Shown: positions 50,211 to 64,000 of the stretch, piece by piece
Numbering within the stretch: position 1 is the stretch's first letter
Layout of the letters: the number at the start of each line of letters is the position of its first letter
Assembly: GCA_036172245.1 (NCBI GenBank)
Contig: JAYWIR010000109.1
Span: 1 to 64,000 of the forward strand
Length of the DNA stretch: 64,000 nucleotides
Source: Raillietiella orientalis
Lineage: Eukaryota
Direction: 5' to 3'
Position numbers and translations under genes: made by a program
Notes under the pieces: generated by a model
What the model saw: only the letters and a program-made list of their open reading frames with translations
The model's database searches: none
Told to the model about the DNA's origin: nothing

Positions 50211-53200
50211 TTCCCGGAATCCAACTGGTGAACGCTTGCTGTTGTGGCGTCCGAAAATTCTGGAGCCGGCCACGAACTCGTAGGTTTTGGTGACTCCCGC
50301 CATGCGGCAGCCAACCTCCCTCGTAGCCGACTAACGGGCGTCATCACACTGCCATGGGTGGGGGGAGGAACTGGAGCGAGGGGCATGCCCAATTCTTGTT
50401 GTCCCACGGTACCTCCTGGTGGGGCCACTGTCCTGAGGGGTCGTATGGAGCGGAACGATTATGGGCTGCTCCGAGGGCCAAGTGACCGCAACCTCCATCC
50501 TCTATGCACTCTGATTCCTCTCGGTCGTTCTTGACGACGGGATCGTCCAGGGCAGGTGGTCGAGAGCAGAATCGTCCCTGTTGAGGGGCGTGGGGTGTTT
50601 GATAGGCATCAGCACGATCCCCATTATAGCGGAAAGCTCTCCTTGCCCTGCTGCCCGCCGCCGGTAGGGAAGCGTAGGTCATGGGTGCGGACTCGCCGCT
50701 GCACCAAAAGCGTCCGAGGCGCCTTCGTTTCCTGAGGAAGGTCATCAAGGTGGTGCGCGGTGCCTCCGCCGGGGACGGTCGTCATCGTAGGCTGGGCGAG
50801 ACGAACGTCGAAGAGGGTGGTGGCTTCTGCAGCTATTGGCACTCGGTCCGGTCGTGGGGCCTGCGCTCCCGGACTCTCTCATCCATCAGCTGGCAGGGGG
50901 TGGAGGAGGAGGAGCGTGTCTTCCGCTCTGGGAGTGACGATGGACGGGCGCGGGAGCGTCGCCCTCCTCCAAGAGCGGCGCTTGCCAACAGCGAGTGAGC
51001 CTGGTGGATTAGGGAACCCCAGGAGTACGGCAGGTCACTTCAACTTTACCGGAGCGCCCTCTTCCTCCTGATCCCAACTGATGGAGTAATGAACGTGCGT
51101 CCTCAGTGGTCGCAAGCTGAGATCTGGAAATGGACTAATGTCGTTCTGTACCCCTGCAAGGGAAAGTTTTCCCGGTGGTGCTGTTGGTAGGCCGTATGAG
51201 TCTACATTTCCAGTAGATCCTGTAGCCACACCATCCTGTTCAGAGAGAGGCTGGACGTCCACTAATGTTCCTCCAGCAGTCGCGCAATCGGGCCGTAGGG
51301 GTAGCGCAGTCCTCTGGCACTACTGCGGTCAAGCGAGAGGATCGACGCCAATTCTTCTCCCTCATGAGAATGCTCGAAGAAGTACGAAAGAGAGTCCATA
51401 CTATTGGTGGAACCAAAGCTCTCCTCCGTCTTTCAGCCGAGCTTCTGTCCGGTCATCGTACGGCCTTCGTCGGCATTTCTCTTGACGAATCAGCATCCTT
51501 CTTGCCGTCTCGAACGCGTAGTTCCTTGAGGCGCGTCTGCTTCCTCCTTGAAGCCCTCTTCTTTGTCACTCCCTCCCTGCTTCGGTGCTCCTGCCACGTA
51601 CTTCCTATATCATTTAGTAATCCCAGTTTCCTCAAACGTCTACTTTTGATGAGGGGGGAAAAATCAAGTAAGGTTTCCTAAAGAGGAGCGAAACCATGGC
51701 GCTGAGCTTCCGATGCTCGCAGACATCCCTCAGTACTGAATACCGAGCGTGCTGCTTATGCAGAAATAATGAGCTAAGATTGCCGAAGCAGTGAGAATGT
51801 AAGACCTGACATTTTCAAGCGACGAGAACGCAGGACCTGACTTTTGGAGTGGCGAGAACATTTTTACTACCACAGTGTGCCTGCTTTGATCCCACCGCTG
51901 CTTCAGCAAACTTTTTGCGAGATGGCATCATTTACCTCCATCTAACCATATCCGGTGAACTAGTTTTTTCTGGTTATTTTCGTCCCCAGATGACTTCCCG
52001 TTTGGAAAATTGCGAGTTCCCGAACTCATTTCAAGAGCTTTCTGTCTTCAGGTGCGTTTTTGTCTGAGCCGTCAGGATTCGTGGAGAGGGAAAGTGCTTT
52101 TCTTGCAAGCGTATCCTTGCGACCAACCCACCTATTCAACAGTGCGCACCTTCGCCTTCTGGATTTTCTCTTTCCCGTGTCCCTGCGGACGAAAGTCGCG
52201 ACTCCGCCACGTGAACTTCGCTGCACTTCGTGCAGCCGGTTCTTCCGCCGGTCCGTCTCCCGGCCGGCCAAACGGCAAGAGGGAAACCAGTCGTCAACGA
52301 GCAGGGAGCGTGCGAGAGCTTCCTTGCCACTCTCAGCAAGGGGTCGTGGGGTCAGGGCAGCATCCTGCGGTCCGGTTTCCTTCTCGACTGCGGCGTGGGG
52401 AGATGCCTCTCTCCTGGCGTCTATGAGAGGACACCCTCCTGCCCCCGACGTCGGAAGACCCCGAGCTGGCCGAGGTCGTGAATGTCGCTCCAGCTGCTGC
52501 GCTTGGACGTTGGCTGCCTTCCGGACATCCGATTGCAGCTCCACCGACCCGTGACCCGCGGGGCCGTCCAGCGCTCTCAGGGCGCACTGCAGGATTTGCT
52601 GAACAGGTCGTGCGCGCGCCCCAACGCCGGCGTGCGCGGCCCGATTCCAACCTCGGGCCCTTGGACGCGCGCCGTGGAAACGGCATGCGTCCAAATGAAG
52701 CGGCCGCCTTCCTCTTCGTCTCGAGGTGGCTCCACATGCAAAGCGGCTCGAGCGGGGGAGGTTGCCAGGGAAATGTGGGAGAGACGTGTCTTCGCGGCGC
52801 CATCTTTTGATGTCCTATCATTGGTCCCTGTCCCTCCTGGATCCCGTCTTGGGTGCGGTCGCTGGCTCCGCAGGCGTTACGAGGCCACCTACCAGTGCTG
52901 AGGCGGTTCAGCCACTTGGCATCAGCCGCCCTTCGGTGCGTGAGCGGTCGTCGTGGTGGCTCGCAGGGAGGAACAGGGTGGCCAGCCATTTTGAAATTCA
53001 GGTTTGGCACTTACGACACGCGCCTTCGGGGAGATTCTGCGCAGTTTTGCCACCAGCTAGTCATTCTGTCGGAAAATCACCCTGGCTGGCGACCCCGCGC
53101 GTGTCCCCACTGCACGTAGCTGCCTGCTGGACGTTGTCGAGATCTGGAGCCGTGTCCCTGGGTCTGCGGGCTCCCGTTTTCCCCTCGTTTCTTCATTGAC

Positions 53201-56200
53201 CTGGCTGGCCGAACAGTGGCTCCACCGCTTCGCGAGGATCTCTGGCTGGAAGGAGCACCGTCTGCTGCACGCTCGATCCGCGTCGCTTGCCGAGGGCTCC
53301 GTCGCCAGATTTAATGCCGCGCAGTGCGGGCGAGAAATCGGAGGTGCGCCGCAGGTGATCGCGGCGCACGGAGAAGGGTGATGTTGCCCAGTGCAGGACG
53401 TGGCTTTCTTCCGAGTGGTTCTGTGACCGTCCGCCCCGTTCTCCAGGCACCCACGGTTGAAGGCTTGCCTCCCGGAGATAGCGCTTCCGCGAAATTTTCG
53501 GAGCGCGGATGACCACCCTGCAGCCCCTTTTGGTGTTTTTCATCCGGTCACGCAGGGGCGTTTATTTTATAAAAAATAAACCAGTTGGGAACCTATAGTT
53601 CCCAGCCGACGAATACACGCAGGCCGGGACAACAGAAAGTCCGGAACGGGGGAGGGACAAGGGGATAACAAAAACAAACAAAAAATAAAAATAGAAAAAA
53701 GTGGGTGGGAAGGGGCAGGGATTTTTGGGTTCCCTCCGAGCGCCGATGGAAAGGGGATCGTCTCGAGGTGAAAACAAAGAGCACCGGGGAAGTCACGGAG
53801 CCCCGTTTGGTGTCGGGACTGCAGCCAAGCGCCCTCCGCACCCTTCCACGGCATGCGATCGTGCGGTCGTCCGGGGCACCATGGCAACGCGTCGACCTCG
53901 CGATAGGATCGTGCGGAAATGTGGGAATCGGTGAGTCTATGCGCGTTCCCTTAGGCACCCGGGAGTCGCGCAGAGAGGAGGATCAGATGCAAGCACCTGT
54001 CTCTTCGCCCTCTGATTGCCAGAAGCACTGTGCAGGCTACACGCCGGGGGGGCTCTCTTCTTCCGGGACCACTTCCCTTTGACGGGTTCATCCGTCTCTG
54101 CCGGACATCACTCGGAAACACGGCAGACTCTGGGGCGCTCCACGCCGAAACCCTCGCGAAATTCGGAAAGTGAAAGTCTCTCTCCTCAGGGTCAAAAAAA
54201 GCGTTCGCGGAACGGCCTCACGATACCATCCCACACGGACTGACTTTTTTTTTTTTTTCCTTTTCTGTTGCATTCTTATAGAAAAGGGAAAAGAAACAAA
54301 AAAAACAAAAAAAAAAAACACGCAACGCACGTATCTAACCTGATCGGTTTTTTAATCTGCTATTACATACAGCAGCGATGACTGAGTGTTTCTTAATGAC
54401 AACAACAAAAAAAAAACAGCAACGTGCACTCAAGAAAAGGGACTGCACAATCCCATTACTGCCAGAGGTATATAAAAACAAACGAACAATGGAGATCCTT
54501 CAAGCGGAGGAGCACTTTTGATTGACCTCCTCCAACAATGCCTACTTCTCCATTTTGTTTGCTTGTTCCCTTCTCCCCCCCCCCCCGCCCCCCGCCCACT
54601 TTTTTTACAAAAAAAAAATAAAAAATTTGTCAGAGCGACGCTCGGGCCTGTTCGCTGGGCCGATTCTTCGGAGGTTCACCCTGAACCACAGCACCGCGGT
54701 GGCTCCTGGCCGGCGACGAACGCACCCCCCTCCTCCCCTCCCAGGAAAACACCCCCTCACGGTGGCGCGCCTCGCGGTTTCCTGCGCGACGGCGGGCGAG
54801 CACGCCGCCGCGCGGGAGGCCCGGGGAAACGTCCCTCGCCACAGGGCGAAGCCTCCACCCGCCGGCCCACTCCTTGTCCCCCCCCCCCCCCTTTTTACCG
54901 GCCCTCGCCAGCCGCTCACGCAAGAGGCGCAGCTCCTCCGCCGCCGCTCGGGTCGCCCGGCCTCTCCGCGCGCGCAGGTTCTTCGCTTCCGAGACGGCGC
55001 TTCTCCGCAGGAGAATTCTGGGAGTCCCCTTCGCCCAGCGCAGGCGCAGCAACGCAATTCCAATGTTACAATAGACGGTCGGGTGTTCCCTCAGTGTTCT
55101 GCACACACGTGATTCCGTTCGAAAGGGTTGCTCGTGTGTGACGATATGAATAAAGAAAATGCGGGAACACATTCGTAGAGTGCCTCCGCACCGCCGTGGA
55201 CGTTTGGTGTGTGCATTGTGTCGCGAAGTGCTGCTTTAGTAGGTCAGACGAACGATGTTGCGAGTGACATTGAAGTGCACCTTGCATCCATAGTTACCGT
55301 CGGAATGCTAGCGACCATGGATACCACGGTAAGATCGTTTGTTCAGTGTTGGGGTGAGGGGGGGGGGGAGGCGGGGGGGTGCATGCGTTGCACGCTTCTC
55401 GCACCGCCTCTGTTCTCCCGAGCGGAAAACTCGCAACACACACACACATACACACAGCCGTGCAGCGCGTGTGTGCCGTGTCGTAGTGTTGCTGTTTGGC
55501 GGGAGTGTCTTTTGGAGGGGGGGAATTCGCCTCGCGCGGGTTCGGATCGCGTGATCTCGCGGTGGAAAATTTCGTCTCGGCGGTCGGAAGGAGCGCTTCG
55601 CTCGGCGAAAGACACGGCAAAACCACGCGTTCGGTTTCGGCAGTTTTTTTGTGCACCGCGCGAGGCGGTGCGTTTTGTGCGCGCGCGCGCGCGCAGATCG
55701 TTTCTCCCAAGTGAATTCGGTGTCTTCAAGCATCGTGCAGCACTTCCAGACGGTATGTGAGGCCCTTTTCTTCCCTTCGTAGAGCCGCTTGTGAACTGGA
55801 CACTTTGTGCGCGGCAGCGCAAGCGCGGCTCTCAAGCGGGCCCGGGCAACAACACGTTCATCATCATCTCTGGGGGGGGGGGGGGGGAAGGAGAACAAAA
55901 GGCGAATCTGTTCGCGTTTTCTCAATGTGCGGAAAAAAGGAGAAAGAAAACTTTCCTCGGTAGTTGGTGGATCTTTGCCCACCAAGTGAGGCAGCGCAGC
56001 GGGACTGTGTGGAAGAGGAACGGTGGATTTTGCACGTCAGTTCTTCCTGGGCGCCGGACGACGCAGTGAAGAGTCTCTTCCGGAGCAACGATGAGGCGAC
56101 TTGGCTTCCTCCTGGCGTCCGGCGTTACCCTCTCCTTTCATGGCTCCCGTGGATCGCTGCGATGCTTCCAGCACGCCACGCAGACCGTCCACAGTTCGCC

Positions 56201-58044
56201 TCGCTCCCTCCTCACGTGGCTGCTGCTGCGGGGAGCACCAGTTGCTTCCAGCCCGCGCGTGCGGCGCAGCCACGTCCGGTGCCGCACGGCTGCGAACCAA
56301 TGCTCCCGCGTTCCCGCTCGCGCGAGCAGGACGATAGCCAGCCGCCCGTCCCGGGAACCGCGCTGTGGAAGACGTCCCTGCCGTGCGGCGGAAGAACGGC
56401 AAGCAGCGTCCCCAGCGGCGTTCCGCTCGGAAACTCGTGCTGACCCTTGCACGGAGGAGGCGAAGGAACACGCGTCCGGTCTCGCCTTCCCTCCGAGGGG
56501 TGGCTACCGCAGCGTGCACCGATTCCCTGCCCCATCGTCCTGTTGCAGCCATTAGCCACCGACCGGTATGGGGAGCCTGCCTGCCGCAAAGCCTGGCTGT
56601 AAAACACGGATCGCAATGGACGCAGCTGCGTCCGTAGCCGTCAGCGTCTCGCGTTCAACTCGCTCTTCGGGTTTTCTTGCCGGATCTGCTTGTTGCTCGG
56701 CTGCAGGGTTTGCTGCTCCTGGAGTCCATTCTCGCTGGTGTCCCCACCGAAGACCGCTTCAAGAAACCCCTTAGCGGTCACTCTCCATCGTGCGCCGTGC
56801 CAGTTCATAGACTGAAGCGGACTCTCTCGTGCAGGCCGTGAGGAGATGTGTGTGTCATGCTGGTATCCGGACACCGGGCAGGGTATCTTCCTCCCTTCCT
56901 CCCCCTCTTCCCTCCCCCCCCCCACAAGTCTTGCTTGAAATCACGTGGTCCGCCTCGCGGAACGGCGGCGGTGGAAGGACACCCGAGGCGCGTGTTTCGA
57001 TAAGGTTCTGGCGTCACGCTCAGTGTTACCTTACCAATGGTTCGCAGGTGTTCTTCGTGAGCGCGAGCAGGGATGTTTCGGTCGAGTCTCCCCTTGAACC
57101 CAGCCACCAGGGAGCGCGATTCGGACAAGGACTTCCGTGGCCCAGGAGCCGTCGAAGGGCGTCTTTCGCGGCGGGTGCCAATGCGGTTGCAGGCAGCTCG
57201 TGCCAATCGCCATTGCGTTTTCCTTCGCGTGTCGTACCCGAAGTCAAGGATGCGCGCGTAAAAGCGCGAGGCACGCCTCGCGGCGGCGCGCGCGCGCTCG
57301 CTCGCTTGCTTGCTGGTTCCCATGCACTCTCTCATCTGAATCCGCAATCCACTCACCACGTGGATTTGCGACTTCCGGCTCAGTGATGAATCTGCGATGG
57401 GTGGTGGGCGGTGGCGTCCGGAAAGCGTAGGTTCGGACTTTGATGAGCGGCAGGGGGCGCGCGACGGGCGTTGAATTTCCCGGGGCTGGTTTCCGGGAAT
57501 CGCGAAACGGAACCACGGGATCTTCTGTGACCGGCATGCCTGCAGAGTCGTGGAGATGCAACTTGGATGCTCAGCAACGAGGCAGTCAAGCAGCGATCGG
57601 CGTGCTTGAGCGATGCCGTTGGGCACCTTTCGTGCTCTCTCGATGCCCGTATGGGACGGAAGAAAGAGGAGGGGCCAAGAATCGGAAAAGCGTTAGCGGA
57701 AAGAACCGCATGTGGAAGCCACGTGGCCATCTTGGAAAATCTTCGAGCCCTGTGCATGCGCTCCTCACTCTCCACGCGATCTTTCAAACGGCATTGGCGT
57801 TTTCCTACAGCAACAGCCCCTCCGTCCAAGGTTTCTTCGTTCACGCGCGGCTCATGACGCGCGTATGAGCCTCGCGGCAGCTCTTCCGTGCCCCCGTCGG
57901 AGGAGCGCTTCTTCACTGCACGATTGGATTTCGTTTTCTGGCAGGGGGAAGGTAAGAGTTCGCAACGACGCACATGGCGTCCTTTTCGTGCACAGCACGC
58001 GCGTCCCTGTGTAGTGATGCATTGTGGAATTCATGGTCTTGACC

Positions 58045-58290
58045 TTCCTATCTTCCTTGTACCTTTCTCCTCTTCTTTCTCTTCTCTTCCTACTCTTCCC
58101 TTACTCTTACTCATCCTTTCTTCCTGCCTTTTTCCTTCCCTTCCTCTTCCTGTCTTCGTTTTCCTCCTCTTTACTTGCTCCTCCTCTCCCCTTCTTCTTC
58201 TCCTCCTCCTCTCCTCCTCTTCCCTTCTGTCGACTTCCTCGTCTTCTTTCCCGTTTTTCTCCCCCTCCTTTTTCGCCTTGCTCACGTTCT
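58045..58290. repeat. CT-rich low-complexity tract
   Basis: Polypyrimidine runs; these account for the Leu/Ser/Phe-rich and Arg/Glu/Lys-rich ORFs here. Confidence 0.8.
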
Positions 58291-61200
58291 TTCTGCTCCA
58301 GGTAAAATCCTCCTCGGCGTTCCCTTGGCCCGCTTTTGCTTTTCCGGCCCCAACGGGCTTGTCTCCTGCTCCTCCGCACGAGGGAACTCCGACTCCCGGC
58401 ACTGAAGTCGGCCGTGGCGGCGCTCAGTCGATCTGCCCGCATTTTTTCCCTCTCCCGCTCCGTCGCCCACGTCGGGCGTGGAGACCGTGAAGGAGGGGAG
58501 ACTCGTCACGTTTCCGCGCCTCGAGTCGACCCTTCGTCTGTCCTCCCTCCCGGGTGAGGTCACACTGCCTGCGCGACGTCTTCGGCTCCTCCGCGCGCCA
58601 GCACAACTCGAGCGGGGGTAGTCGAGGAGGGAGAGTGCAGGGGAAAAGGAAGCGCCACTGTCTTGCTGCTCCCGGGTGCGACCTCGAAAGGAAAGGCGAC
58701 CGTCCCGTGAACCGCAGTCGACCCAGGAGGGTGCAAAACAACTGAAAAAAAAGTTTTGATTGGGGAGAAGGGACCTGTCGACTATCGCGCACTTGCGAGG
58801 GGAGAGGGGGAGGGAGGGAACTCTCGCGTTCACGCACGCGCGCACTCGGGAACGCGCGCGCGCGCCGCTTCGCAAGCCGGGCGCCGGTGAGCCTCGCGCG
58901 TCTCAGCCTCTCATCTGTAAGGGACAGCGGTGCCTTTGGGGGTGCAACCCTGCAACGCACCTCTACCATCTCGGTCGGGCAGGCCTGACCTGCGCCGTGT
59001 GGTTGCCCCGCGGGTCGCCGTCCTCAGGCGGAGCGCCGACGACCCTTGCCAGACCCAGCCTGCTAGGTAAGCCGGTGGTCGCTGGGGGATGCGCGGAAGA
59101 AAAGGAGGCGGGGGCACGGGAGCGCGAAAGGGAGACGCTCCTGCAGGAGGCGGCGCTCTCCTCTGTGACCCTTCCCAAGCTAGCTTTCCCTCCCGACGGG
59201 CACCGAGAGCCGGGCATGCATCGGGGGAAAGCTGAAGAGCTCCTGGCACTGCCTTTACTATCTTTTTTTTTTTTTTTTTGCTTGCCGTAGGCGGCGGCGA
59301 GGAAGGCTGGAAAGAGCGCGGCTACCGTGGCAGGGCCCTTCTGCAGTGTGATCGCGCGAGATGCACCTGCGGCAGCGCGGGAGCGGTGAGTCACGGTGCC
59401 CGCACAGCCGCCGCCAGCAGCTCTGCACGGCGGGCGGGCGTGCGAGCGCACACTCCGGGAGGAGGAGCGCAGCTGCCTCTCCCTTTTCTCTGAGGCAGCA
59501 GCAGCAGCAGAAGGACCCACACCCGCGCGGGGTCGCCGAAGATGCCGCCGGGGGGCGCATCCGGCAGCGTCCGAAGGCGCCCTCCTCCGAGGCTGCAGGT
59601 GGGATGACGAGCAGTACGCGCTCGGCATTCTCCCTTCCTCCTCCTTCTTCCTCCCTTCTTGCCTGCCTCCTCCTCCAATTCTCCTGCCTCCCTCTGCAGC
59701 CTTCGCGGGGTGGCGACCCATCCACTTCTCCGTTTCCCCACCTTCCCCGCGCGGCTGCCTTGGGGGCCAGCTCGCGCCTTGCATCCGGCAAGGACTTTTT
59801 GGGACTCAGACTCTCGAGGGCCGGGCAGCGTGAACCCTTCCGGCGTGGCCTCTGCCTGCATCCCATCCGGCGACGCGGCTCACACATAGAAGGTCGCGGG
59901 GTACCGGCCAACCGTCCAGCGGTCTCGGCTGACCTTGTGGAGTGGAGGCGGGGTCTTCTGGTTGCTTCCCCCTCCCTCCCTTCCCCCCTCCCCCGTCTCC
60001 GCGCCCGCTGCCTCCCATCCGGCCTTGTGCGATGCGGCAGGCGTTGCTGCCCGGCTGCCGATCCGCGCGCCCTCCGTTTGTCGTCGCTCAGGTTCCCGAA
60101 AGCCCCGCCGCGTGTCAGCTCCGTCGCGCGTCTCGCCGCGGCTTCTGGCGCGAAGGATCGCTTCCGCGGGATACCCCGTAGGACCCGCCGCTCCGCTCTC
60201 TGGGGCATCGGAGATGAACGGGGTGGTCCTCGGGGCAGGATGCTGCGTACTCCGGCCGCCCTGGATGGTCCACACGACCTTTCCGTACCTTTCTCCCCCC
60301 GCGACCGAGAAGGGGTCGTCCGTCGAGCGGCCCAGTCCGTGGCCTCTTAGCGAACTTGTCCTTGCGCACGCGGACCCGCCCAGGCTCGGCCGCGCAGGCC
60401 AAGACCCGAGCTCGGTAGTCCTCATCAGCGCCGCCTGGTGGCTGCTCGCGAGGGGACGGGGACGCGCGCGAGGGCACTGCAAGCGTGGGGAGAGCAGAGC
60501 GGCGAGTGCGAGCCTTCCTCTTCTCTGCCCACGGACTGCGCATGCGTCCTCAGGGTTCCTTTCCCGCCCGCGGGTCGACGGCCGTAGGCCCTCCGCCTTG
60601 TCCGGTCCTCGTGCTTCCTCGTCGCGACTCACGCCAGGCGCGCGTCTCCTCTTCCGGGTGACGCGCGCGCGCGCATGCGCGTAAACGCAGCGTTGGTTCG
60701 CGAGCGCGCGAGAAGAGAGCGCGCCGCACCGGCTGCTCTGGCAGTTGTCCTGCGCTTCTGCCCCCTTCCGCCTTTCCTCCTCTTCCTCCCCCTCCTTGGC
60801 GAGAGGGTACGCTCTACGTGCCTCCGCAGCGTCCTGCATTCTCGTATGACTGACCACCGTTCAACGCCGGAGGCACCGTTCCGTTCCCCGGTCGGTTCTC
60901 CTCACCTTCGCGGGACTGCAGAGCTCCTGACGTCACTCCCGACTGCGTGTCACGAAGTGCCTCACCCGCTCCCGTCTCCCCCTTTCTGGGTCGCCATCTT
61001 GGGCGACATCCTCCCACGAGCGTCCCGCCATCCAGACGCTGCGGGGTCGCTTGGCCTCCTCCCTCGAGCTCTGCGAAGAATCGGCTGCGATGCCAGCAGC
61101 GGCGCGTGCCCGCGTCGGCCCTTCTGCTCCCAGGTGGACCTCAGGCGGCTTCTCCGAAGGCCCTGGCCGCCTCCTTTCGAGCCACCGAGAACTACGCTTG

Positions 61201-64000
61201 CACGGAGGGGGAAACCACGGAGAACCGAGAGCATCCACCAAGGGTGGCGACCGAAGCGGCAGCTAGCGGCGTCCGCTGCGTGCGGTCGCTGTGGCGACGG
61301 AGGTAAAAGTCGACGAGCCGTGTAAACAGCGGCATGGAGGACACGCGAACCCCCCACCTCCGCGTTTCCACCCCGCTATCCCGGACACCAGTCCACAACC
61401 TTACGGTGGACCCTCAGAACAAAGCGGAAAGCTTCCCGTATCTGCCCGGAGACGGCGTGTACCTCCAGGGAGGGAGGGGCCTCCTCCCTCTCAGGCGCAT
61501 CTTGATCGCATCGACCTGCCCAGGTATCCAAGTCCTCGCCTCACCCCGCCCTTCCCCCTTCCCGGACGCTTGGGGAGCGGAGAGGCGCTGCCCGCCGCCA
61601 AAGATAGCGAGCGCTCCTCCGTCGACCGTGCTGACATCTCTCGTCCGCAGGGAGGGAAGGCGCGGAGTCACCACAAGTCCGTCGGTTCGCCGCTAGGTGG
61701 CGCTCGCTTCCAGCTCTGGACTGTATTGATCGTCACGCTCCCAACGGCTGCGTCAGGGGAGACCTGTTGCCCAAGGCGGGGCACCGGATGCTGGGCTGCG
61801 GCGGTTGCGTGTCATGAGGAGGAGGAGGAAGAGAAGGAGGAGGCGAAATGAGTGCGGCGGCGGTGCTGCGTACCGGTGGAGCACAGGGAGGGCGCTGCTG
61901 GAAGGAAACTGCGCGTCAGCTCTTCGTTCCACTAGCGCCACTATCCACGCCAGCACGCAGCCAGGACGAAAGAGCGCGCGGAGGGTCCCACCATTTCGGA
62001 CCGGGTCCGGGAAACGGGGGTCCGTGGATTGCCAGGACGGAAGAGGGCGCGAAGGTCAGGCGAACGCCTGAGGCACCACTGAGGCAAGGCAAGGGGCCGG
62101 GGAGGGATCACCTCGTTCCTCGGGACTCCGGCTGCTACGCTCGCTGCTACCACTCTTCTCGGCATCTCCTGCGGAGCAGGTCGCTCCCGCGCCTCTCGCT
62201 GAGGGCCGCAGGCGCAGAGACGAGGGGTGGCGTGCCAACATCTCGGCGCGAGCGTACGGGCGGGCGGCAGCGGTCGCCTTCTCCGCGACGCTGTTGCTCT
62301 CTCGCGGGGAACGCGACCAACCAGGATCGCTTCTCCTGGGGCGGCGCGCCGGGCGCATCCCAGGAGGAGCTTCGGGGCTTTGCTGGAGTCCCGCGAACAT
62401 GACTGCAAGATGGCACGGATGTAGGCTGGAAACGCTGAGAGCCCGGTGTCGCACTCCTTGCCACGCTTCCCCTTCCCTCTTCCCCATCGTTTCACCCTGA
62501 AGCTTTCGTCCTCGCTCCTGGCAAGGATGAGGGCTGTCGGCGGGCACATCCGCGCATGCGCTCGGAGAGGAGGCTTTCGGGACGAGCGGACTGTCAGTGC
62601 TCCTTCCTCGCCCTTGCACTTCTGCTCGTCAGCTTCCTCGGGAGCCTTTCTACGGCCCCCAGGAGCACCTACCGAGTGGACGACGGCGGATTCGTACGCC
62701 CCCGGGATTCCAGAGGAAAAGCGTCACCGCCGCAGAGGGCGCGAAGGAGCGGCAGAGGATGAGGGGCGGGTGCACGAGGCAGCGCCCTCCGGGACGCAGC
62801 CGCGTTGCGTAGGTCTCCTCCATGGCGTGAGCCGAAGCACAGGATCGCCAGCTGCTTGATTCTTTTCCCTTTGAGCGCCTCCGTACCGCTCTTCCTCTGA
62901 TCCCCGTCTACATCCCTTCACGCTTTCAAGCCGCTTCCCACACCTCAGCCGAGACTGGCCACCCCCAGGAAACGTCCGTGCTCTGCACGTGCCGACGCCA
63001 CTTTGGAGGAACGAGCTGGCGGAGGAAACTCCAAAGCCCCCATGGAGCAAGTTCCCTTTCTCTCTCGCGCGGGGCAGACAGGACGTGCGGGCGCTCCCCA
63101 GCTGTTGCTTCTCACGCTGTTGCATTCCGTCCTGTGGGCCTCGGTGCGAGCATAGGAAGCGGTGGTGGTGTGATGGGCTCACCTACATCGACTTCGTAGA
63201 CAGACGGAGATTCCGTTGACCGCACTTAACGCCTTGACCCCCTCTCAGGCAACGCCCAGGAGAGCTGTTCTTCTGCCCAGTATAAGGAACGGACCCATAG
63301 TTTCGGGCCCCTCCTTAAGATGTGGTTCTAGGATGGACTCTAGGGGGATCTCGAGACTTTTTTCTGTGGGACTGCGTGCCCGCGCACGTAGGAAGAGTCT
63401 GCGTGCGCATCTTCGCGGCTAAGCGCTCCATACCTGACCGCGGGATGAAGCTCGGGAGGCAGCAGTCGTCGCGATGGCGCCAGAGAAACCGTCCGTGTTG
63501 CTACCCTTTCCGCCATCCAGGAGGCCTCCTCTCACAGGCAACCTCACTCACCAGCAGCAACAGAGTCGTTCTTTAAGGAGCGCTAGGGGATCTCTAAACG
63601 GCAGAGTTTCACGCGCACGCGTTTTTCAAGAGGGCTGTCCACAAGTCCGTCAAACTCCAGCCGGCAGGACCCTCCAAAGACCTCAGCTCTGCCGAGAGAG
63701 TGCAGTGCATTCTTGCTCATGGTTTCCGGCGGCTGAGCGGTGACGTGCAGCGCCATGTTGCGAAGAGGTTTCGGTCTCCCAAGTTGAGTCCGCGAGAATG
63801 TGCCGTGCGCCTTTCCTTCTGTTGTTTGCGGAGAGAGAGCGCTGCATGGTCCGGTTTACCTTCCTCCCGCTCTGCCCCACTCCCGCGCCAGCTGCCACCC
63901 AGCGCCGTACATTTCGAGGAATGGGCAGGAAAATTTTCACTTCGAGGGTCGGTCGCAGCACGGTGCCGCGGAGGCCTTCATTTAACTCCCCAGGCAGGTT

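Noticed and set aside
54500..64000. Dense overlapping ORFs of 150-330 aa
   Set aside because: Arg/Pro/Ala/Gly-rich products expected from high GC content; no motif or consistent splice model found.

Overview
Eukaryotic (animal, probably protostome) genomic DNA with compact genes, very short introns and a sharp mosaic of GC/CpG-rich and AT-rich/CpG-poor blocks. Well-supported content: (1) a decayed minus-strand L1/Tx1-clade non-LTR retrotransposon (1-~4930) whose 3' part appears to join two diverged copies; (2) a single 5S rRNA gene (6210-6328) with an oligo-T terminator; (3) a ParaHox Gsx/ind homeobox gene (21314-23331); (4) a complete 12-exon DIS3/RRP44 gene (33881-40388, ~949 aa); (5) an apparently intact, unidentified 5-exon gene (~535 aa, 37332-35538) nested antisense in the only large DIS3 intron. 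Most notable are the nested gene ending at the DIS3 splice donor, the AT-to-GC switch within the DIS3 coding sequence, 37-63 nt introns that often lack a polypyrimidine tract, and a 1.65 kb segment bounded by ~112 bp inverted repeats. Long stretches (about 6.3-20.8 kb minus, 41-44.6 kb plus) look like eroded or very divergent coding sequence that I cannot identify. Most GC-rich ORFs in the track are probably spurious. All gene models and identities were worked out by eye; no searches were run.
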